From the NCBI RefSeq assembly GCF_018398935.1, contig NZ_CP074694.1:1920001-1952000 (forward strand): a DNA stretch of 32,000 bases, in the 5' to 3' direction. This DNA comes from Telmatocola sphagniphila. GTDB lineage: Bacteria; Planctomycetota; Planctomycetia; Gemmatales; Gemmataceae. The notes under the pieces were generated by a model. That model had not been told where the DNA came from, did no database searches, and saw only the letters and a program-made list of their open reading frames with translations. The position numbers and the translations under genes were made by a program. This document shows positions 29,318-32,000 of the stretch, piece by piece (positions within the stretch are counted from its first letter, which is position 1; each line of letters begins with the position of its first letter).

Positions 29318-30794
29318 CTGCACTTTCCCAGATAATCTAAGCGGAGCAGGCCATTAGGAACAAGCGTTTGACGGCTTTTTTGTATTTTCGCGTTCCGGGC
29401 CCGCTTTGCGGAAGTGCTCGAAATTCTTCTTGCAAAATCAGCTTTAGCAACGACTTGCGTCGATCGTTATGAGAAGGCCGTCGCGGCTGATTATCCCAGG
29501 GACGATCGGCACGATCCACTAACTTCCTTTGCGGTTGATTCCAAGCCCACAGTTCGGTCAAAGTCATCATCCACAGGTTCATGTGAAACGCGCCGATGTT
29601 GGCGTGCAGGTTTCGCAATTGCTGCTGACCGGCTCTCCAAACTTCCTTGACGTCCTTGAAGACCTGCTCGATGGCATTGCGGCTGGCCACGGTTTCCAGG
29701 ATCTGGGCCACCGTCGCCTCCGGATTCGTCGAGAAGAAAGCGATCCACCCTTTTTCTCTTTAACCAGAACCACGCGGATGACTCCCTCCGCCGACTTCCA
29801 GGTCGCCAGAAAACTCTTGTACGTTTTGACTTCTGGGCGACCGTACAACTGCAGGGAGGCCGACGACCATCCCCGGGCATGAGCCGCTCGCTTGGCCAAG
29901 TCGATTCGCTTCTCTCCGTACTTGCGGGGACGCCCCCGACCTTGGGAGGGAGAGGGCAACTCGTATAGGGCGGCATCCTTGCGGAGCCGACTGATCAACG
30001 TGAAGTTCAACTGCCGACACGCCCGCAGAATCGGTTTCTTCGCATAGCCGCCATCCGCCACGATCCAGACTGCTTTCCCCGGAGAAAACAAAGACTTCGA
30101 GAGCCATTGCAGGATCTCCACCGCCAGTTGCAGCTTGGTCCGAAACTTCCACTGGTACTTGCGGGGAAGCGTCGCGACCTCTTTCTGGCGGACGTATAAC
30201 TGGGCTCGCAAAGGCAAGCCGATAATGCCGTGGAGAGGATGCCAGGCCAATAAAGCCGCCACGACGAAGTTCTGCCCGTATTCGAGCAACTGTCCGATTG
30301 GACCCGGAGTCGGATTGTGGTGAATTCCGGCCCCTTCGACCTTCGGACCGTAACGTTTGGTGAGGGTGTCATCCAGAGCAATCACGATCTTCTCGGATTG
30401 GGCCGCCGGGTGTTTGAGAACCAGTCGTCCCACGGCGGTACTCATCGAAAGGGATTCTCGACCGACCGCTGCAAGGTGCCGGTAGGCCGACTTGTACTTT
30501 CGACGGATACCGGCGGCTCGGAACCATCGGGAGGCGGTGCGTCGCTGGTCCTGAGCGAGGAACATGCCGCGGAAGATACGCACGGTTAGCGACTGGATTC
30601 GAGCATCCAAAAAGAAGACCAGGGCGGAAAAAGCACTGGACAGAAAGGAGGGAAAACGAGATACTTCCATGGCCGGTGCCTTCCTGGCTTGATGTTTTTT
30701 AAGCACCACCATGCTGACGGAAGCACCGGCTTTTTCAAGAACAATTCAAATTCCCAATACCCCTAAATTGTTAAGACTTTCTGGGAAAGTGCAG
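29318..30794 (-). mobile_element. IS701/IS4-superfamily-like insertion sequence, 1477 bp, with 7-bp target-site duplication
   Basis: Perfect 15-bp terminal inverted-repeat core: CTGCACTTTCCCAGA at 29318-29332, with its reverse complement at 30780-30794. Similarity continues imperfectly about 10 bp further inward. AAACTGT directly flanks both ends in direct orientation (29311-29317 and 30795-30801). Confidence 0.85.
29337..30712 (-). pseudogene. DDE transposase (IS701/IS4-like) interrupted by a -1 frameshift at an A5G3 run
   Basis: ORF 29579..30712 carries IALDDTLTKRYG and WIVADGGYAKK (the two D motifs) up to ...VLVKEKKG. The conserved continuation WIAFFSTNPEATVAQILETVASRNAIEQVFKDVKEVW... (the E motif) is in the -1 frame and is part of ORF 29337..29711. 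The junction is at minus-strand GAGAAAAAGGGTGG (plus-strand 29748-29758). Confidence 0.8.
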
Positions 30795-30880
30795 AAACTG
30801 TTATAAAAAGCGCAAATATCGCAGAGATATGGCGATTTTATAATTTCAAATAGTTATTCGAACACACCTAGTGTAGTGTC

Positions 30881-31966
30881 TCACACAGAATGTGTTTTAT
30901 CCAAGGTAGCCCTCGCCCGGCGGACTTTCTCCAGAATAGCCTCGGCTTTGGCGGTCCACTGGAATCCCTTTCCTGTGTTATTGTGATGATCGATGTAGCC
31001 TTCAATCCCCTGGATTAATTGCGGCACAAATCGAAATGTGCCTCGACGCAGTCGTTTGTCTGTTAAGTCGCGAAACCAGCGTTCCACCAGATTCATCCAG
31101 GAACTGCTCGTGGGGGTGAAATGCATGTGGAATCGAGGATGCCGGGCGAGCCAACGCTGAACTTTGGGATGCTTGTACGTGGCAGGTTTGTCCACGATCA
31201 AATGCAAGTCCAAGGCCGGATCGGTGGCAGCATCGATCCGTTTGAGAAACTTGATCCATTCCTGGTGTCGATGTCGTGGCATGCATTCGCCAATTACTAC
31301 GCCTTCCGCCACGTTCAAAGCCGCGAAGAGAGTGGTGGTGCCATGACCCATGTAATCGTGAGTCAGAGTGCCGCAACGGCCGGGCACCATGGGCAAGCTT
31401 TTTTGCGTGCGATCAAGGGCTTGTATCTGACTCTTCTCATCGCAACTCAGCACCAGGGCGTGCTCGGGAGGGTTCAAGTACAAGCCCACTACGTCCCACA
31501 GTTTCTCGGCAAATTGAGGATCATTCGATACCTTGAAGGTCTTATGCAAGTGCGGCTTCAAGTTGTGGGACGACCAAACCCGCTGCACGGTGGCTTTGCT
31601 CACTCCCACCTCTTGGGCCATCGTTCGCGTGCTCCAATGAGTCGCACCGGATGGTTTCTCCTGAGTGGTCTTGCGGAGAATTTCTTCGACGACTTTCCCG
31701 CTGATCGCTGGCGTTCGACCCGGTCGCGAAGCATCCCGTTCGATACCCGCCAAACGCAGCTTCGCAAATCGGGTCCGCCAGCGCGCCACCGTGGGCTTCG
31801 ACGTGCCGCACTGCTGAGCAATGTCCTTGTTCCGTACACCCGCGGCCGCCGCGAGTATGATCTTCGCCCGAAGGACCAGCCGAGCGGGAGTACTTCGTCC
31901 CCGAGACCAAGAAGTCAAAGTTTGTCGTTCCTCCTCGGACAGCGAAATTGGCAGCGCGACTTTCAT
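30881..31966 (-). CDS. IS630-family DDE transposase (full length; element ends not resolved, 5' end may run past the window)
   Basis: 361 aa. N-terminal HTH region ([36 protein letters not shown]...[19 protein letters not shown]) and DDE blocks [26 protein letters not shown] and [19 protein letters not shown] Shine-Dalgarno (SD) sequence precedes the ATG. Confidence 0.9.
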   Translation of the reverse strand: MKVALPISLSEEERQTLTSWSRGRSTPARLVLRAKIILAAAAGVRNKDIAQQCGTSKPTVARWRTRFAKLRLAGIERDASRPGRTPAISGKVVEEILRKTTQEKPSGATHWSTRTMAQEVGVSKATVQRVWSSHNLKPHLHKTFKVSNDPQFAEKLWDVVGLYLNPPEHALVLSCDEKSQIQALDRTQKSLPMVPGRCGTLTHDYMGHGTTTLFAALNVAEGVVIGECMPRHRHQEWIKFLKRIDAATDPALDLHLIVDKPATYKHPKVQRWLARHPRFHMHFTPTSSSWMNLVERWFRDLTDKRLRRGTFRFVPQLIQGIEGYIDHHNNTGKGFQWTAKAEAILEKVRRARATLDKTHSV

Positions 31967-32000
31967 GGGTTTTCTCCTTCTCTATTGAGTAAACCGCAAA

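Noticed and set aside
29491-30589. Additional ORFs within the IS701-like element (161 aa, 130 aa, 124 aa, 117 aa, 90 aa and others)
   Set aside because: They are alternative-frame or antisense artefacts of a GC-rich transposase gene. Only the two frames joined at the A5G3 run carry transposase motifs.
31170-31210. Atypical middle DDE block in the IS630 transposase (VDKPATYKH where I recall DNY.THK in relatives); considered as a sign of decay
   Set aside because: The catalytic Asp is retained and the ORF is intact. I cannot judge subfamily variation from memory without an alignment.
1-31966. Possibility that the two IS630-family copies at the window edges form a composite transposon carrying the glycan locus
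   Set aside because: The two transposases are clearly different proteins in their shared C-terminal regions (VVWDNGPMHK...LNPVEQLW versus [10 protein letters not shown]...MNLVERWF). The left copy's ends are outside the window, so there are no matching ends to support joint mobilisation.

Overview
The window is dominated by a low-GC surface-glycan biosynthesis locus of the Wzx/Wzy type. Sixteen co-directional minus-strand genes lie between 4128 and 22844: nine GT4-like and one GT2 glycosyltransferase, a Wzx-like flippase, a Wzy/O-antigen-ligase-like membrane protein, two class I SAM methyltransferases, a hexapeptide acetyltransferase and one family-3 acyltransferase. Three further family-3 acyltransferase genes sit outside that array (631-1767, 26053-27129, 27755-28777). 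Several gene pairs share 4-nt start/stop overlaps (ATGA or TTGA at 5357-5360, 12009-12012, 16906-16909, 20353-20356).

The locus is cut and flanked by IS material of visibly higher GC:
- a partial IS630-family transposase at the left edge;
- a complete IS1380-family element (about 2207-4070);
- a degenerate IS66-family transposase remnant (about 27291-27708);
- a complete IS701/IS4-like element (29318-30794) with perfect inverted-repeat (IR) cores and a 7-bp target-site duplication, but a frameshifted transposase;
- a second, unrelated IS630-family transposase (30881-31966).

One housekeeping gene, adenosylhomocysteinase (ahcY), sits between the two low-GC blocks. Its leader carries what reads as an S-adenosylhomocysteine (SAH) riboswitch aptamer.

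I found no rRNA, tRNA or CRISPR array and no recognisable defence or toxin system. I see no convincing wholly novel system. The items most worth a second look are the riboswitch, the IS-remodelled and heavily decorated glycan locus, an acyltransferase whose conserved N-terminus lies upstream of any canonical start codon, and a 1.16-kb non-coding tract at the head of the operon. All product calls rest on motif recognition by eye, not on database searches.
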